Shown here: positions 60,226-64,000 of the stretch, in pieces
Layout of the letters: every line of letters starts with the position of its first letter
Numbering within the stretch: the stretch's first letter is position 1
Assembly: GCF_048593235.1 (NCBI RefSeq)
Contig: NC_133617.1
Span: 419,286,958 to 419,350,957 of the forward strand
Length of the DNA: 64,000 bases
Source: Sminthopsis crassicaudata
Taxonomy: Eukaryota
Direction of reading: 5' to 3'
Translations under genes and position numbers: made by a program
Notes under the pieces: generated by a model
Told to the model about the DNA's origin: nothing
Seen by the model: the letters and a program-made list of their open reading frames with translations, nothing else
Databases searched by the model: none

Positions 60226-63200
60226 ATTCGACCATTAAATTTATTTCTAGGTGTGACATAGCCAATGAAAGAGTTCTTATAGAATAATGTTCCTAAAGAA
60301 AGATCTTAGTTTGATAGTTGAAGAATATGATATCTTGAATTCTGGGTCAATTCAGTGTTGGACTTGGTTAAGCCCTTTACTCCTCAGGATGAGCTAGATT
60401 GCTGTGGTTACTGGGAAATTGTGATATGGAATATGGTTGTTTTACCTCTGATAGATCTTCCTTATCTTTGAAGTATAACAGAACATGACCTGATCCATGA
60501 TGTCTTTGATTCACATTCACCTAAGATCAAGAAACACACAAAAAAAGAGAAAAAAAGAGAAGATATGCATTCATGACTACATGACAACCTTAGGTGAGGA
60601 GATAAATCAATGGATAGTAGCTTCTGCTCTTTCTGCAATCAGAGGCTAACAACATTTCTTCCTTCTCCTTGAATGCCATCAGGGAGAGAAGAGAACCTTT
60701 GTGCTTTTTTGTATACACATTCAGCTTTAGCTCAAAAGATATTAAAAGACTTTTCACCATGATTCAGTAAACCAACAGCAAACAGGTATTGAATACTCAC
60801 ACAGATTGGAGTTAAGGACTCTTCAATAAGTATAATGTGGAAGCAGATTCACCCAGCTTTCACTAAGGTTGTCACAGGTAAAACAGGCTGCCAAGAGCTA
60901 GTCTCTTTATAGGTTAGTTACCCTTCCTATTTTAGAGATGGCCTAGAATCAGGGCAGGACTTTCCTCAGGTTTGGGGGGGGCATCCCAAATTAGGCTGAT
61001 TTTCTGCTGTGGAAGCTGTTCTTTCTTTGATGTCAAGTAAGTGTGGGATCTCAATTTCAAATATGCTCTTAAGTCTTTAATGATTTCCAGATTTCTTACC
61101 TTACTTTCTGAGCTTCATTTCTCACCAGCTTCAGTCTTCTTGACTGGACTTTATCATGGCCCCAGGAAACTTTTGACCTAGGGAACACCTTCAGTCTGGG
61201 GGTTCACTAGACCGTCACCTCTTGCCTTGCTGTCTTTTCTGAAGGAACTTGTATTATCCCCAAGTGATATAAGGCTTCTGGAGACATAGGCCTGAGGCTA
61301 GCAAAGCTAATTCTTTTTTTCTATTTGTAATATGTTTTTTTCATTAGGAAGGAAAGGATTTGTAAAAACATCTACTACCTTACAGCCTTCCTGTTTTTGA
61401 AGACTGACTGAGGAAATAGCCTCTGTCTTGATTCTAGACATCTAGAAGGGTCAGCAACAGAGAGCAGGCAGGCCTAACTTAATTAGAGAAATCATGTATC
61501 AAAATAAGTTCTTTCAAACAACACCCCCTGAGAGAACAATTCCAGAATATACATTGCTATGGAGTCTATCATAGTAGAGCAAGCTCCAAAGCATTTGAGT
61601 TATATCTAAAGAAATGAGAGAACAGTCAACACTTTAACCTTTTATTTTTATATTATAGTCATTTTTGGATATACTCTTCCTGCTTCTCCCCTATTTCTAT
61701 TGAATCTTCTCAGGTAATCAAAACCAACTGACACAATGAGTCAGAATATCTGACACTAGAATTTCCCACTTCTCTACTGCAAGAAGGAAGGTGCTTTCTT
61801 ATTTCAGTAGCAAGTTATTATAATTGGTAAGTATTTGCTTTCAGTTTTTTAGACACTCTTTACATGTTATTGTATTGATTTTGCAATTTTACAAATCCTC
61901 TCTGTTCTACTTTTAATATGAAAATACTTTTTTGAAGTGTTTGTTAAATTCATTCTGCATTAGTTCCTACAGCATTCTCCATGCTTCTCTGAATCATTCA
62001 TATTTGCTATATTTTATGATGCAATGTAATTTTATTACATTAATTTACAATAATTTGTTTAGCCATTCCCCAATCAATGGAAATAATTTTAAATCTACTT
62101 TATGTGTCTTTACCTGGCCTTGCAGAGAAACTCTTATTATTTTAATGTCAGTAGCACTTACAAAAAAAGAATGAAAGTATCCCACTTGGAAGGATCTGAG
62201 AGCTATTAATCTTGAATATTTCTACTTAAATCATGATTCACATCTAAATATCTCCGACAGAGAATCATCCTCTTATGGTAAAGAGGTTGAAACTATTCTC
62301 TCAAGTAAAGTTTTTCAACATTTCTACATTCAGAAAATCATGAAATTTTAGAGTTGAAAGGAATTTCTAGAGGCCATTTATTTTAAATCATGCGTCTATT
62401 CTACTTTTCCAAGCTCACCTTGCCTCCTTAGAGCCTTAGAATCTTAGAACTGAAGGAAGTTATATAGCCCAAACTTTTGCCCACACATAAATTATTTCCA
62501 CAACATCTCTGATATTGATATTCCACAACCATCTCTGATGGTTATTCAACTTCTGCTTAAACACTTCTAGTGATGGAGGAAACTCCATCCTAAGGCAGTC
62601 TCTCATTGATGTATGTTTTAACTATTAATATGGTTCTTTATACAGATCTAAAATCTGCTTCCTTTTAACTTCTACCCACTAGTTTTGGTTTTGCCCTAAT
62701 TGAGCTTTACAGAATAAATCTGTTCCCTTTTCCTTCTCAGTAGCTCTTCAATAGTTTGAAAACATCAGTAATTTCCCTAATAAAATATCTTTTCCAAGTT
62801 GAACAGCTCCATTAAAAAAAAAAAAAAAAACAACTCGTGGGCAATAAAAACTGCCTATCTTTGAATTTTTTTGTTTTTGTTCTGTACAAAAGGGGGGGTT
62901 GCCATACAGAAAAAATAGATGGAAGAAAAGAGGATTATTATATACAAAATCACGAATCACTACTGCATACAGATTGATTTTTTTAAAGTAAAAAATAAAT
63001 TCAATGTTACTTTCCGAGTTGCCCTATTTTTTTTTTTTTTTTTTTTTTTGGTTTCCTTCTGAACTTTTTTGTTCTACTTCATAGTTTAGGAGATGCTTCA
63101 ATGATCTTTCCCCCAGCATCTTCACTGGTCTCCAGTCCTGCATTTTTCATTGTTATGTTGCTTCTGCCAATCATTTGTATATTTTATTTTTTGCCTCACT

Positions 63201-63237
63201 CCTTGATAACTTTTTTGAACCAAATTAATACTCTCAG

Positions 63238-63451
63238 AGTGAATAGAACATCGGGTCTGAAGTCAGGAAAACTTGAGTTCAAATTCGACCTCAGACACTA
63301 GTTTTGTGACCCGGGGCAAGTCACTTAATCCGGTTAGCCTCAGTTCCCCATCTGTCAAATGTTGGAGAAGGAAATGGCGATTCAGTATCTTTGCCAAGAA
63401 AACCTTAAATGGGATCCCAACGAGCCGGATCTGACTAAAAGGACTGAACAA
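63238..63451 (+). mobile_element. MAR1-type SINE retaining many CpGs
   Basis: GAGTTCAAATTCGACCTCAGACAC...GGAGAAGGAAATGGCGATTCAGTATCTTTGCCAAGAAAACC...GACTGAACAAC. Confidence 0.75.
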
Positions 63452-63559
63452 CTCCCTGAAGCTTGCTCTGTGGGGGATGGGCCGAGGTATCTGGCGTTAT
63501 TCCTTAGAGCACTGGCACCTAGACTGTGACTTCAAGGAAATGCACCTGTAGGGAGAACA

Positions 63560-64000
63560 AACCCGCCTTGACAGGCTCCGGGTAGGAAGGAGACTTAGAA
63601 GTCCCGGCCCCAAAGGGGGCGGAGCAAGTGGTTGCCACGCTCTTCCTCCCCCAGGGGAGGGGAGAGACTCCTTTGAGCTACGCCCCTGTTCTAGGGAAGC
63701 TTGCGGGTGAATGTGCCGACAGGGATGAGAGAGTATGTGCGCGTGCAAGGTGCCTATGTGTGCGTGTATGTTTGTATATGAATTTGTTCTTTGCTGAAGC
63801 CACACCTACAAAAGAACAAGAGCAAATCTCCGCCCCTGCCCTGCCACTCCGGCCTCCCGTGGGCGGGACCAAAGCAGTCCTCTGGCGCTGATTGGTCAGG
63901 GACTGGGCGGGACGGGGCGTGGTGGCGGGGCTGGGACTCCGCCGGGGCTTGGAGACCCCGGCGGGAGAAGGCTGGAAGAGAAAAGGGGGAGGAGGAGAGG
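63560..64000 (+). promoter_or_regulatory. CpG-island edge and promoter, probably of UNC13B
   Basis: GC boxes GGGGCGG/GGGCGGG, inverted CCAAT (CTGATTGGTC near 63888) and rising CpG density. The UNC13B identity comes only from human synteny; no coding sequence is in the window. Confidence 0.55.

Overview
Mammalian genomic DNA, most likely from a dasyurid-type Australian marsupial (inferred from WSINE1- and MAR1-type SINEs, marsupial L1 3' ends and OC1-like MITEs). It holds the conserved cluster found at human 9p13, with all four genes on the minus strand. FANCG: 5' exons 1-3 at 299-1273, gene continues off the left edge. PIGO: 10 coding exons, 13402-22171, 3246 nt, 1081 aa. STOML2: 10 exons, 25088-28805, 1071 nt, 356 aa. 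ATOSB/FAM214B: 7 coding exons, 32290-35482, 1614 nt, 537 aa, with two upstream CpG-island promoters near 41.5 kb and 47.4 kb. A CpG island at the right edge is probably the UNC13B promoter (synteny only). I reassembled every exon by hand; all junctions are GT-AG and keep frame. Intergenic DNA is dominated by old and young retroelements. I found no new multi-gene system, CRISPR array or RNA gene. The most notable items are a four-level nested retroelement stack with readable target-site duplications (about 4.1-5.8 kb), two OC1-like hAT MITEs, a uORF-rich ATOSB leader that may encode a 51-aa spliced microprotein, an RFX X-box cluster upstream of STOML2, and an inverted ZNF143/THAP11 motif pair upstream of FANCG. 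Gene and repeat family names come from recalled sequences, not a database search.
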